Shown: positions 10,306 to 20,661 of the stretch, piece after piece | Layout: every line of letters starts with the position of its first letter | Numbering within the stretch: the stretch's first letter is position 1 | Origin: an uncultured Spirochaetota bacterium | GTDB taxonomy: Bacteria; Spirochaetota; Brevinematia; Brevinematales; JAOACQ01 | NCBI GenBank assembly: GCA_963768055.1 | Contig: CAVYGN010000001.1 | Span: forward strand, 1,152,001 to 1,216,000 | Length of the DNA: 64,000 nucleotides | Direction: 5' to 3' | Position numbers and translations under genes: made by a program | Notes under the pieces: generated by a model | The model's input: the letters and a program-made list of their open reading frames with translations, nothing else | Told to the model about the DNA's origin: nothing | Database searches by the model: none

Positions 10306-11844
10306 ATGGATTACAAGGTTACAGCAAGGAAATGGCGGCCCCAGTTATTCAGCGAGGTTATCGGCCAGGAAAATTTAATTAAAACAATCCAAAATTCCCT
10401 GTCAAGCGGCCGTATTCCCCATGCTTTCCTGTTCTCGGGGGTCAGAGGAGTAGGGAAAACTACTACCGCCAGAATTATTGCCAAATCCCTGAACTGCCGC
10501 AATCCTGAAGGTTTGGAGCCATGCAACAAGTGTTCTTCCTGCATCGAAATAACAAACGGTTATTCGCTCGATGTAATTGAAATAGACGGGGCTTCCAACA
10601 GGGGTATCGATAATATACGGGAACTGAAGGATACCGTTCTTTATATGCCGCTTTCAGGAAAATATAAGGTCTATATTATTGACGAAGTCCATATGCTTAC
10701 AAACGAGGCTTCTAACGCCCTTCTTAAGACGCTTGAAGAGCCTCCTTCTCACGCAGTGTTCATCCTTGCGACTACAGAAGCTCACAAGGTTATCCCCACT
10801 ATAAAATCACGATGCCAGCATTTTGTTTTTAAAAAAATATCATCAAAGAGTATAGTCGATCAACTGAAAAAAATAGCATCAGATGAAAAGATCAAATATA
10901 CCGAAGACGGTCTTTTTTTAATTGCAGACTCGGCGGACGGTTCCATGAGGGATGCCGAGAGCGTTTTTGACCAGATATCGATTTATTCAGACGGCGATAT
11001 TACCGAGAAAAGGGTTTCAGAACTTCTTGGAATTCCGGACGCTCATTATTTTATCGAGCTGATAGAATCGGCAAAGACCGGGGATATTATCAGGATGCTG
11101 AAAATGACTGAACTGTATTGCCTGAATGTCGGCGATATTAAAATATTCACAATGAACATGATATCTTTCCTTAAACAGGGCGTTTTAATAAAAAAACTGC
11201 CCTTTGACGATGAATTGCTGGATATAACTGAAAAAAAATACAAAGAATTGAAGGTATTTTTTGAAGATCTATCACAGCAGGAACTCATCAGGATGATCAA
11301 TATTTTTGTTGAGTTATATTCAGGCCTGAAAGGCGATTCCAGCGAGCGTTTTTTACTTGAAACAGCCCTGTTCAAAATGATGGACTATAAAAATATAGTT
11401 CCTCTGGGTGATTTAAAAAATGAAATAATCGCTCTGCTCAATTCTGAAAGAAAGGGGACAGGGGCCGATAAACAGACGGGGGATACTCCGGACAGGGAAA
11501 AAAATGAGCTTTTAAATACACTTGCATCAAGTCCGGTTTCAAAATCTATGCTTCATTCCGTCGAACATATAGATGTATCCGGTGAAAATATGTCCGTTTA
11601 TATAAACGATCTGCATTGTTATGAATATCTTGAAAAGAACAAAAAGGAAATCGAGACGGAATTAATAAAACGTACTGCTAAAAACATCCGTTTAAACTTT
11701 AGACTGAACAAGGATGGAAAACCGCCCTTTGAAAAGGAGGAGACTGAAATCCGTTCCGGCACAGAAACGGAAAAGGAAAAAGAGAAAGAAAAACCTCAAA
11801 TAGTAAACGATATAGTCAATTTATTCGACGGTAAAATACTGTAA
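10306..11844 (+). CDS. dnaX: DNA polymerase III subunit gamma/tau
   Basis: ARKWRPQ, GVRGVGKTT, EIDGASNRG, DEVHML and LKTLEEPP motifs; start moved to ATG 10306 (SD GGAG). Confidence 0.97.
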   Translation: MDYKVTARKWRPQLFSEVIGQENLIKTIQNSLSSGRIPHAFLFSGVRGVGKTTTARIIAKSLNCRNPEGLEPCNKCSSCIEITNGYSLDVIEIDGASNRGIDNIRELKDTVLYMPLSGKYKVYIIDEVHMLTNEASNALLKTLEEPPSHAVFILATTEAHKVIPTIKSRCQHFVFKKISSKSIVDQLKKIASDEKIKYTEDGLFLIADSADGSMRDAESVFDQISIYSDGDITEKRVSELLGIPDAHYFIELIESAKTGDIIRMLKMTELYCLNVGDIKIFTMNMISFLKQGVLIKKLPFDDELLDITEKKYKELKVFFEDLSQQELIRMINIFVELYSGLKGDSSERFLLETALFKMMDYKNIVPLGDLKNEIIALLNSERKGTGADKQTGDTPDREKNELLNTLASSPVSKSMLHSVEHIDVSGENMSVYINDLHCYEYLEKNKKEIETELIKRTAKNIRLNFRLNKDGKPPFEKEETEIRSGTETEKEKEKEKPQIVNDIVNLFDGKIL

Positions 11845-11867
11845 TATTAAAACAAGGGAGGAGCTTT

Positions 11868-12170
11868 ATGCCTGGTATAAATAACCTTAAGGATATGACA
11901 AAATTCAAAAAGATGGCGGATGATACAAAAAAAATCATGGAAGAAATACGGGCAACCGGCGTTTCAAAAAAGGGTTATGTGAAAATTACGCTTGATGGAG
12001 AAAAAGGACTGAAAAACATAGAGTTTTCAAGCAATGCAATGAAAACAACACCCGATGATTTATCAAAATGCGCGAAAGAAGCCCACAGGGCTGCGGCCAA
12101 AGAGGTTGATAAAATCGTTAAAAAACAGATGAAAAATTCAGGCCTTTCAAATTTCCTGCTTGGAAAATAG
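11868..12170 (+). CDS. YbaB/EbfC nucleoid-associated protein
   Basis: GYVKITLDGE..IEF motif; located between dnaX and recR. Confidence 0.85.
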   Translation: MPGINNLKDMTKFKKMADDTKKIMEEIRATGVSKKGYVKITLDGEKGLKNIEFSSNAMKTTPDDLSKCAKEAHRAAAKEVDKIVKKQMKNSGLSNFLLGK

Positions 12171-12173
12171 TAA

Positions 12174-12773
12174 ATGTTTTCAGAGGCGCTAAATTCCTTT
12201 ATTGCCGCTTTTTCAGAACTTCCGGGGATAGGCCGCAGATCCGGCGAACGGATCGCTTATTATCTTCTTACCCGGAGTGGTGATTTATCTGCCAAACTAT
12301 CGTCTGCAATAGATAATCTGAAGAAAAATACCCTTGTATGCGGCGTCTGTGGAAATTTATCGGATTATGATCCATGCTCTATATGTACCGACCCGGGTAG
12401 GGACAAGACAACCCTCTGCATTGTGGAAAGCCCGGCAGATATTTACCATCTTGAATCGACGAATATATACAAGGGACAATACCATTCTCTCGGCGGTGTG
12501 CTTTCACCTCTTAACGGCGTAACCCCCGATGATCTTAACATTAAAAGTCTTGTTTCAAGGCTGAGATCCGGCCCATTTAAGGAAATAATTTTCGCCACCA
12601 GCGCTACGACAGAAGGGGACGCTACGATTTTATATATTAAGGATTTGCTTAGCGGCGAGAAAGTAACTTTTTCACACCTGGCAAGAGGAATATCCGTAGG
12701 AATGAGCATTCAATACGCTGGTAATAAGAGCCTGACTGAAGCAATGAGGGGGAGGGAAAAGTTAATTGACTAA
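12174..12773 (+). CDS. recR: Recombination protein RecR
   Basis: LPGIGRRS, CGVC..CSIC zinc finger, YHSLGGVLSPLNG and EGDAT motifs. Confidence 0.97.
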   Translation: MFSEALNSFIAAFSELPGIGRRSGERIAYYLLTRSGDLSAKLSSAIDNLKKNTLVCGVCGNLSDYDPCSICTDPGRDKTTLCIVESPADIYHLESTNIYKGQYHSLGGVLSPLNGVTPDDLNIKSLVSRLRSGPFKEIIFATSATTEGDATILYIKDLLSGEKVTFSHLARGISVGMSIQYAGNKSLTEAMRGREKLID

Positions 12774-12794
12774 TTTAAAATATAAAGCTATAAT
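12766..12794 (+). promoter_or_regulatory. sigma70-type promoter for carD
   Basis: TTGACT-17nt-TATAAT. Confidence 0.7.
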
Positions 12795-12821
12795 AATTAT
12801 ATCCTTATTTTCTTTATTTAT

Positions 12822-13322
12822 ATGGAATTGAAAATGTTTAAAATAGGCGAGAGAGTTTTTTATCCCTATCATGGCGCAGGTGAAATCCAGGGAGTTGAAG
12901 AAAAGGAATTTCTTGGATTAAAGAGGACATATTATATCATCCGTTTTCCCTTGACTGAAACAACAATAATGGTTCCTTCGGATAACACTAAAGAACTCGG
13001 CCTTAGAGACATCGCCAAACCCAGAGATATAAAAAGATGCCTTGAAGTCATTTCATCTCACAGCAGTGAAATCGATGAGGATTGGAAAATCCGTTACAAA
13101 AAACACCAGGATATGCTTAAATCGGGAACGATCGTAGAGGTTTCAATGGTCATTAAAAACCTCTTTAACAGGAACCAGGTCAAGGAATTATCCACAACCG
13201 AAAAAAAGCTTTACAACACGGCTCTTAATATGCTTGTCAGCGAGATAGCTCTTTCAGTCGGTAAAAACCAGGAGGATGTCAAAGGCGAAGTATTCCGCCT
13301 TTTAAACGATTCTTCAAAATAA
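12822..13322 (+). CDS. carD: CarD family transcriptional regulator
   Basis: FKIGERVFYPYHGAG, IMVP, LGLR, DWKIRY and LSTTEKKLY motifs. Confidence 0.93.
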   Translation: MELKMFKIGERVFYPYHGAGEIQGVEEKEFLGLKRTYYIIRFPLTETTIMVPSDNTKELGLRDIAKPRDIKRCLEVISSHSSEIDEDWKIRYKKHQDMLKSGTIVEVSMVIKNLFNRNQVKELSTTEKKLYNTALNMLVSEIALSVGKNQEDVKGEVFRLLNDSSK

Positions 13323-13383
13323 GGGCTTGTATTTCATACGGCAAAACATGAATCCAACTTAACATAATATATCTTATAGGAAA

Positions 13384-13923
13384 TTGAATATGGCGATTTC
13401 AAAAGTGTTTTTATTCGCCCTGATATCAATGTTTGTTCTTCAAAAATCGCTATCATATTCCAGTATCGGCATTGAAAAGGAAGAGATTTCCACCCTTTCA
13501 AATTCAATGGCTAACGGTAATTATTTTACTACTAATTCCGGCACGACAAATTCCCAATTAAATACTATAACTGAACCGGAACTTCCGAACAGTTATCTAA
13601 GCTCGGGAAAGATTGAAAATATAAAACCTGAAACCGTGCCGAGAAGAATGGACCTCATTTACTGGATCGCCATGCCCGCAATTTATTATTTTACAATAAC
13701 TATAATGTACACAAAAAACGAGCTGGTTTTTAATAATATTAACGTTGACAATGCCGATATGAATTATGTTTATTTGAATACGTTTATGATTCCGCTTGCC
13801 GCGGCTTATTTTGATTATTTATACCTGGATGATCAATACAGGCTGAAAGCAAAGACATTCGGCATGAATAATAACAGCGACTTATTATTAGTCTTCCTTC
13901 CGGTCATATATTATGAATTTTAA
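13384..13923 (+). CDS. Hypothetical exported/membrane protein
   Basis: Signal-like N-terminus, S/T/N-rich linker, hydrophobic segments, C-terminal Phe. Confidence 0.65.
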   Translation: MNMAISKVFLFALISMFVLQKSLSYSSIGIEKEEISTLSNSMANGNYFTTNSGTTNSQLNTITEPELPNSYLSSGKIENIKPETVPRRMDLIYWIAMPAIYYFTITIMYTKNELVFNNINVDNADMNYVYLNTFMIPLAAAYFDYLYLDDQYRLKAKTFGMNNNSDLLLVFLPVIYYEF

Positions 13924-13937
13924 GGGATCTTTTAAAA

Positions 13938-15050
13938 ATGAACGTTTTAGTCGTTAACTGGAGGGATATTTACAATCCTGAAGCCGGAGGGGCCGAAGTT
14001 CATATAGATGAAATCCTTAAAAGGAAGCCGGGAAGCTGGAACGTTGATTTTGTTTCAGCAATGTTTAAAAATTCTCCGCCGGAGGCAGAGACCCCGGATT
14101 ATAAAATCTACAGGATACAGAATAACTTTTTTTTTAATTTTAATTTCAAAAATTACTACAACAGGGTCCTTTCAAAAAATAAATACGACCTGATAATCGA
14201 CGACATATCGAAAATTCCTCTTGCGATACCCGGATATGTGAAAAACATTCCTGTAATAGCGGTAATTCATCATATTCATGGAAGCAGCCTTTACAGCGAA
14301 CTGAATCCTCCCGCGGCATTTTATGTTTCATCGATGGAGAGGTATTTTTTAAGATATTATATAAATAGTCCGGTAATCGCTGTTTCCGAAAGCACAAAAA
14401 ACGAATTGCTGGGCCTTTACCCTTATAAGAAAATTTCAGTTTCGAATAACGGCATAGATTATGATATCCTGAGCCGTGGATTTAAAATAAACGATCAAAA
14501 GGCCCCTATTCTTCTCTCCCTGGGCAGGTTGAAAAGATATAAAAGGATAGATCATATAATCCGTTCGTTCGCCATTTTAAAGAATAAAAAAAGTACTGCG
14601 GAATTATGGATAGCCGGCAAGGGAAGCGATGAAAAGCGTTTAAAAAAGATGACCGAGAACCTAGGATTAAGCGATTCCGTCAAGTTCCTGGGTTTTATAA
14701 GCGATAAGGATAAAATTTCAGTATTCTCAAAATCAAAAATTTTCCTGATCGCTTCGGAAAAGGAGGGATGGGGAATATCCGTACTTGAAGCTAACGCGGC
14801 GGGGCTGCCGGCTATAGGTTATGATGTTGAAGGCTTGAGGGACTCCATTAAGGACGGTTATTCGGGTTATCTGGTCAGGAATAACGATATCGGACAATTC
14901 GCGGAAAAAATCACCGGCATTCTCGACGACGAAGGTCTTGCCCTGAAATTGGCCAGCCAGGCCAATAACTGGGCCAGGGGATTTTCCTGGGACAATATGG
15001 CTCTTAATTTTTACAGGATTATCAGGGAAAAATATGGAATATTATTTTGA
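13938..15050 (+). CDS. Glycosyltransferase family 4
   Basis: NWRDIYNPEAGGAE, GRLKRYKRID and EGWGISVLEA motifs. Confidence 0.93.
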   Translation: MNVLVVNWRDIYNPEAGGAEVHIDEILKRKPGSWNVDFVSAMFKNSPPEAETPDYKIYRIQNNFFFNFNFKNYYNRVLSKNKYDLIIDDISKIPLAIPGYVKNIPVIAVIHHIHGSSLYSELNPPAAFYVSSMERYFLRYYINSPVIAVSESTKNELLGLYPYKKISVSNNGIDYDILSRGFKINDQKAPILLSLGRLKRYKRIDHIIRSFAILKNKKSTAELWIAGKGSDEKRLKKMTENLGLSDSVKFLGFISDKDKISVFSKSKIFLIASEKEGWGISVLEANAAGLPAIGYDVEGLRDSIKDGYSGYLVRNNDIGQFAEKITGILDDEGLALKLASQANNWARGFSWDNMALNFYRIIREKYGILF

Positions 15051-17376
15051 CGCTCTTGAATTTAACCTGTTAATACCTATAATTGAAAAATATATAAAAA
15101 CTTATCCGGGTAATAAGGAACTTCAAGCGATAAAGAGGGTTTTGCCGGCGGAGGCGGCCCGGCAAGAACTTATCCTGACCGAGCAGATGGCCCAGTTATT
15201 AAAATTCGATTCCTCGATCTCTTTCGAGGAATTGTCCGATATCGGGGAATCTCTGGATAATTCATCCATAAACGGCTTTGCACTTGGAACCGATGAAATT
15301 CTTGAAATAAAAAAAAGCATAGTTATCCTGAAAGACATTGAAGCATCCCTGGCCCCCTATTCTGAAAAATATCCCGGGCTTAATTCTCTTTTTAATGGGG
15401 CGCCGGACTGCGGCGGCCTGAGGCAGGCCATTGCGCGCGTTATCGACGACAGCGGAACGGTACTCGACAGCGCCTCGGCCGAACTTTCCAGGATAAGAAA
15501 AAGAAAGTCTTCGGTAAGAACGGATATTCATTCCTTTATGTCTTCCCTGCTTGAAAAAAAATCCTTCAAGGAAATTGTTCAGGAAAACTATATCACTATA
15601 AGGGAGGACAGGTTTGTTGTGCCGATAAAGGCTCAGCATAAGAATAAGCTCAAATCGGAATTTAATTACATAGTCCATTCTTTTTCAAAATCCGGCGAAA
15701 CCGCATTCATTGAACCAGGCGGAATTATCGAATTGAATAATGAAATTGTTGAGATCGACGGCCAGGAAGCCCTTGAAATCAACAGGATCCTGCAGAATTT
15801 GACTCTTCTCATAAGGGATAGAAGTGATGCGCTTCGGACTGTGTCCGGCCTCATAGGCAGGATCGAGATTATATTCGCCAAGGCTAAATTTGCGATTGAA
15901 ATGGACTGCAGTTTTCCGGAAATCAGGACTGATAAGGCATGCCTTAGGCTGCGAAAGGCCCGCCATCCGCTCCTGGGCGGACAATCGGTGCCGATAGATA
16001 TTGAAGTCGGCTTTAATAACCGGGGCCTTATTATTTCAGGGCCTAACGCGGGCGGTAAAACCGTCGCCTTAAAATGCGCGGGACTGCTTAGTTTAATGGC
16101 GTTATGCGGAATTCCCATCCCTGCGGACAGATCGTCGCAGATCGGTTATTACACTGGCATTATGGCCGAAATCGGCGACGAGCAAAGCATCTCATTAAAT
16201 CTTTCAAGTTTTTCAGGCCATATTTTAAAAATTGCGAAAATTTTAAGCGTCTGCGGGCCCTCTACCCTTGTCCTTATAGATGAAATCGCCTCTTCTACTG
16301 AACCGAGGGAGGGAGAGGCCCTCGGGAGGTCGATAATCCGCTACCTCCTGGACAAAGGTGCGGATTTTATCATTACAACCCATTTTCAGGCCCTGAAAGA
16401 GATCCCGTATACCGATGACAGGGTTAAAAACGCATCGGTGGATATAGACGAGGAAAAACTCATTCCGCTTTATACACTGAGGACAGGATCCACCGGGTCG
16501 AGTTACGCTATAAGGATCGCGAAAAAATACGGGCTCGACGATACGATCATTAAAGACGCCGAGGATTACATCGAGCAAAAGAATTCCTCGCCTGAGGCTT
16601 TAATGAAAAGACTTGAGATTGAACGGAACGAACTTTCAAAAAAACGAGACATTACAGAAAAACATATGGAAGAAAGCCGTACTTTGAAAGAATTTTATCA
16701 AAAACTCCTTGACGAACTGGAATCGGAAAAGAGGGAACTGCATAAAAAGGGCATATTGAAAGCGAGGAAAGAACTTGACGAGGTATTGAATAAAATTTCG
16801 GGCCTGAAGGAGGAATTAAAAAAAAGGGACTCCGAGGCTTTAAAAAAGGCAAGACAGGGGGTGCAGGAGGCCGAAACCATACTTGACAAAACGGAAGAGC
16901 TTATTGTCAGGGAAGAGAGAATCCACCCGGCTGATATTTCAAAAGGCATGAACGTTTTTGTAGGTGGACTCAACAAGGAGGGGTACATAGAGGAAATCCT
17001 AGGGGACAGGGTAAAGGTCAGGCTCGGAATACTGAGTGTAACGGCTGAATTGGGCGACATATACGAGGCAAAAAACAAGGCGCGTGGAGAAAAGGCTGCA
17101 TCGTCATCCGGCAAACCGGCGCTGCAGCAGGGTGAAATGATTTCAATAGACGTAAGGGGGAAAACAGCCGAAGAGGCCCTTAAAATAGTGGAAAAGAGCA
17201 TTGATACGGCTTTTATGAAAGGGTCGTCCTATCTTTCGATAATCCATGGCAAGGGAGAGGGCATTTTAAAAAAGGAAATATGGAAATACCTGAGGGAGCT
17301 GGACAATGTCCGGAGTTTCGATTACGCCAGGCCCGAAGAGGGCGGCCAGGGCAGGACTATTGTTTTATTTAAATAA
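15034..17376 (+). CDS. mutS2: Endonuclease MutS2
   Basis: ISGPNAGGKT, IGDEQSI..LSSFS and TTHF motifs; C-terminal Smr domain (IDVRG, IIHGKGEG). Confidence 0.96.
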   Translation: MEYYFDALEFNLLIPIIEKYIKTYPGNKELQAIKRVLPAEAARQELILTEQMAQLLKFDSSISFEELSDIGESLDNSSINGFALGTDEILEIKKSIVILKDIEASLAPYSEKYPGLNSLFNGAPDCGGLRQAIARVIDDSGTVLDSASAELSRIRKRKSSVRTDIHSFMSSLLEKKSFKEIVQENYITIREDRFVVPIKAQHKNKLKSEFNYIVHSFSKSGETAFIEPGGIIELNNEIVEIDGQEALEINRILQNLTLLIRDRSDALRTVSGLIGRIEIIFAKAKFAIEMDCSFPEIRTDKACLRLRKARHPLLGGQSVPIDIEVGFNNRGLIISGPNAGGKTVALKCAGLLSLMALCGIPIPADRSSQIGYYTGIMAEIGDEQSISLNLSSFSGHILKIAKILSVCGPSTLVLIDEIASSTEPREGEALGRSIIRYLLDKGADFIITTHFQALKEIPYTDDRVKNASVDIDEEKLIPLYTLRTGSTGSSYAIRIAKKYGLDDTIIKDAEDYIEQKNSSPEALMKRLEIERNELSKKRDITEKHMEESRTLKEFYQKLLDELESEKRELHKKGILKARKELDEVLNKISGLKEELKKRDSEALKKARQGVQEAETILDKTEELIVREERIHPADISKGMNVFVGGLNKEGYIEEILGDRVKVRLGILSVTAELGDIYEAKNKARGEKAASSSGKPALQQGEMISIDVRGKTAEEALKIVEKSIDTAFMKGSSYLSIIHGKGEGILKKEIWKYLRELDNVRSFDYARPEEGGQGRTIVLFK

Positions 17377-17500
17377 TCCACAGATATTGCAAATGACGCA
17401 GATTCGATAAAAAATATATTTCTTCCTTTTGTCAATAATGATTGATGTCGAAGTAATACCGCATCATAACGCCCGACTTTAATCTGGATAATCTGTGGTT
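17377..17500. repeat. Imperfect inverted-repeat element between convergent mutS2 and prfB
   Basis: CCACAGAT..GCAGATT left arm and AATCTGGATAATCTGTGG right arm. Confidence 0.55.
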
Positions 17501-17510
17501 TCAACCCCGT

Positions 17511-18603
17511 TCATGCCCTGCTTTTCAGATAGCCTATGATAAAACCGTCTATGTCCCCGTCCATGACTATCTGGACGTTTTTATTCTCAATCCCTGTGCG
17601 GTGGTCTTTTACAAGCGTGTAAGGCTGAAAGGTGTAACTGCGGATCTGGCTTCCCCACTCTATGGACTTTTTTTCCGGCATGTTTTTCAGCTTTTCAGCT
17701 TCCTGTTTTTCAAGTTCGAGTTCGTAAAGCTTGGACCGGAGCATTTTCATAGCCATTTCGCGGTTCTGGAGCTGCGACCTCTCTATCTGGCAGGCTACAA
17801 CAGTACCTGTAGGCAAGTGAGTGATCCTGACGGCGGATTCCGTTTTATTAACGTATTGCCCCCCGGCCCCGCTCGCCCTGTAAGTGTCTATCTTGAGATC
17901 TTTGGGATCTATATCGAGATTAATAGTTTCATCCACTTCGGGAGATACCCCAATGGAGCAGAAAGAGGTTTGCCTCTTGTTATTCGCATTAAAGGGGGAA
18001 AGTCTCACAAGGCGGTGAATACCGTTTTCAGCCTTTAAAAGGCCGTATGCGAACCGCCCCTTGATGAAAAGCGTGGCGTCTTTTAAACCGGCGACTTCCC
18101 CCGGCTCATAATTGACCAATTCAAGGGAAAAACCCTTTCTTTCCGACCATCTCTGGTACAGGCGCAAAAGCATTTCAGCCCAATCCTGGGATTCCGTCCC
18201 TCCGGCACCTGGGTGGATATTGAGGAAAGCGTTATTTGCGTCGAATTCCCCCCTGAACATCATTACCGTTTCAAGCTCCGAAAGGGTTTTCAGAAGTTTT
18301 TCATATTCATCCCCGACACTGTTCATCATACCGGTTTCGTTGTCGTTCTCGGCAAGTTCCGCCATTTCGACAAGGTCAGAGATCCTCGGCTTTAAATCCA
18401 GCCATCCGGCCAGTTCCCTTTCAAGGGCCGATGATTTCGACGAAAGCTCAGAGGAAAGCTTATGGTCGGTCCAGGCTTTTTCGTCGTTAAGGCTATCTTT
18501 CAGTTTATCGAGCCGTATCAATTTTTCATCGATCTCAAAGATGCCTCCAGTCTTCCTGGAGTTCTCTTAGCAATTCCCTGCATTTATCGGAGAGAGCGCC
18601 CAT
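17511..18603 (-). CDS. prfB: Peptide chain release factor 2 with programmed +1 frameshift
   Basis: ATG 18603 opens 22 codons ending GGAGG-CAT-CTT-TGA (18548-18535); the +1 frame continues EIDEKL... and contains the SPF and GGQ motifs. Confidence 0.96.
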
Positions 18604-18606
18604 GTT

Positions 18607-19788
18607 TTACCTACCTTTCCCCAATAATATATTTTTAAAATCATCGACTGTCAAGCTGACAGGATTATTCTTATTTTCGGCCTTTTCTGCCATATTATCT
18701 ATATCGCCCTTCTTTAAACCTAAATCACCTATCTCCGGAATATTGAGGCTTTCCGCCGTTTCTTTTAAATATTCGGACAAAAGGGAACATCCGGCCTTGA
18801 TATCTATCGACTGTTGTCCCGAGAGTATGAAACCTGCCCTGGCGTATTTCTCAAGCGCCTGATTATCCCCGGCGGAAAACAGTTTTTCGATATTATAATC
18901 CGTAACCCTGGATAAAAGAACGGCGCAAATTGTGCCATGGGGTATGTCGAAGGACCCTCCGATTACGCCTGCAAGCCCATGAACCGGTCCGAGGCCGGCG
19001 TTTGCCAGTGCGGTTCCCGAAAGAAACGCCGCGTATGCCAGGTTAGACCTGACTAAAATGTCGTATGATTTATCGGTACAGGCATGGATCAGGGTTTTAC
19101 CGCCGTGCATTGAGATTCCCTTGAGAGCAAGGGCGTCTGATAGAAACGAGGATTCCGAGGATACAAAACTTTCTATGAGCTGCGTCAGCGCGTCCATTCC
19201 GCAGGCAGCCGAAATTTCCGGCGGGCAGCTTAAAGTCAGAGCGGGATCTATTATGGCAATATCCGGAACGAGATTGTCATGATGCAAAGATTTTTTCCAG
19301 CCTCCCGGCCCCGGCTTTGTCAATACCGAATTTTTAGTCGCTTCGCTACCGGTTCCCGCGGTTGTAGGAACCGCCATGAAAGGAACTTTCACTCCGTTAT
19401 GTTTCTTCGGGTTAGTTCCGGCAATATAATCCGCAACATTCCCTGTTTGAGGGATCATTCCGGAAACAGCCTTGCCGGCGTCTATAACGCTTCCCCCGCC
19501 GATTGAAACTACCGCGTTGATATTTCTTTTCCTGTAATATTCCGCAGCTTCATCGATAAAATCAGTAGTAGGTTCTCCGCTTACTTCCAATTCAGAATAA
19601 ATTATATTTCTTTTTCCCAGGTCTTTATATAAGGCGTCCCTGAAAGGCGATTTTTTGAAGGATGAAACTCCTGTGATAATAAGGATATTATCGCCTATGC
19701 CGTCGATTATGCCTGCCAGCCTTGAGGACGAGCCCGCCCCGAAAACCACCCTTGGATTAAAGAAATAATCATAAATATCTGCTTTCAT
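18607..19788 (-). CDS. Iron-containing alcohol dehydrogenase
   Basis: GGGSVIDAGK, VPTTAGTGSE, DALTQ, VHG and PHG motifs. Confidence 0.93.
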   Translation of the reverse strand: MKADIYDYFFNPRVVFGAGSSSRLAGIIDGIGDNILIITGVSSFKKSPFRDALYKDLGKRNIIYSELEVSGEPTTDFIDEAAEYYRKRNINAVVSIGGGSVIDAGKAVSGMIPQTGNVADYIAGTNPKKHNGVKVPFMAVPTTAGTGSEATKNSVLTKPGPGGWKKSLHHDNLVPDIAIIDPALTLSCPPEISAACGMDALTQLIESFVSSESSFLSDALALKGISMHGGKTLIHACTDKSYDILVRSNLAYAAFLSGTALANAGLGPVHGLAGVIGGSFDIPHGTICAVLLSRVTDYNIEKLFSAGDNQALEKYARAGFILSGQQSIDIKAGCSLLSEYLKETAESLNIPEIGDLGLKKGDIDNMAEKAENKNNPVSLTVDDFKNILLGKGR

Positions 19789-19792
19789 AAAA

Positions 19793-20572
19793 TCAACCTA
19801 TAGATATTCCCACAGGGCAATGATCCGACCCTGGAATTTCTTTGAGAATAAAACTGTCTTTAACTTTTGAAAAGAATTCCATGTTAACGAAAACGTAATC
19901 TATCCTCCACCCTATGCCCCTCTCCCGGGCCCTGAAGCGGTAAGTCCACCAGCTGTATCCGGCGCTTTGAGGGTAGAAAGCCCTGTAAGTGTCGATATAG
20001 CCATGAGAAACGAATTTATCCATCCATGCCCTTTCTACCGGCAAAAAACCGGAGCGGGTCTCGTTTTCCCTGGGATTTTTAAGGTCTATGTCGTTATGGG
20101 CCGTGTTAAAGTCGCCCATGATAACCAGATTTTCCCCCGAATTTTTCAATTTATCGGCGTAATCGAGGAAAGAATCATAAAAACGGAGCTTATACGAAAG
20201 CCTTTCATCGTCCATCTGTCCGTTGGGGTAATAAATATTAAAGAGAGTAAAAGGGATGGGCAGATCTTCGTAATGTGAAATAATTATCCTTCCCTCCTCG
20301 CTGAATTCGTTATTCCCGAATCCCTTCTCAAACTTCGACGGCTTTATCTTAGATAACAGCAATGTGCCGCTGTACCCCTTTCTCTTGGCAGGGTTCCATA
20401 CGGTATTATAGCCTTCCGCAAAACCGGGAAAATCTTTTTCCACCTGTTCCTGAGTTGCCTTGATTTCCTGAAATCCGATAATGTCGGGATCAAGCCCTTT
20501 TATCGTTTCTTCAAGGCCGTTCTTCAGGCAAGCCCTGATGCCGTTGACGTTCCAGGATAAAATGAGGATCAT
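19793..20572 (-). CDS. xth: Exodeoxyribonuclease III
   Basis: SWNVNGIRA, QEIK, GDFNTAH, GWRIDY and GSDHCP motifs. Confidence 0.97.
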   Translation of the reverse strand: MILILSWNVNGIRACLKNGLEETIKGLDPDIIGFQEIKATQEQVEKDFPGFAEGYNTVWNPAKRKGYSGTLLLSKIKPSKFEKGFGNNEFSEEGRIIISHYEDLPIPFTLFNIYYPNGQMDDERLSYKLRFYDSFLDYADKLKNSGENLVIMGDFNTAHNDIDLKNPRENETRSGFLPVERAWMDKFVSHGYIDTYRAFYPQSAGYSWWTYRFRARERGIGWRIDYVFVNMEFFSKVKDSFILKEIPGSDHCPVGISIG

Positions 20573-20603
20573 TTATATTCTCCTCCATCATGCTACTTTA
20601 TCT

Positions 20604-20632
20604 TTGACAATTCATCAAATCTTCATTAAACT
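20604..20632 (+). promoter_or_regulatory. sigma70-type promoter for tyrS
   Basis: TTGACA-17nt-TAAACT. Confidence 0.6.
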
Positions 20633-20661
20633 AATTTAAATGATGCGCATAAGGGGTTTTC

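Noticed and set aside
11231..11238. A8 run in dnaX as a gamma/tau frameshift signal
   Set aside because: Falls inside the clamp-loader core rather than after domain III, and no stimulatory hairpin is evident
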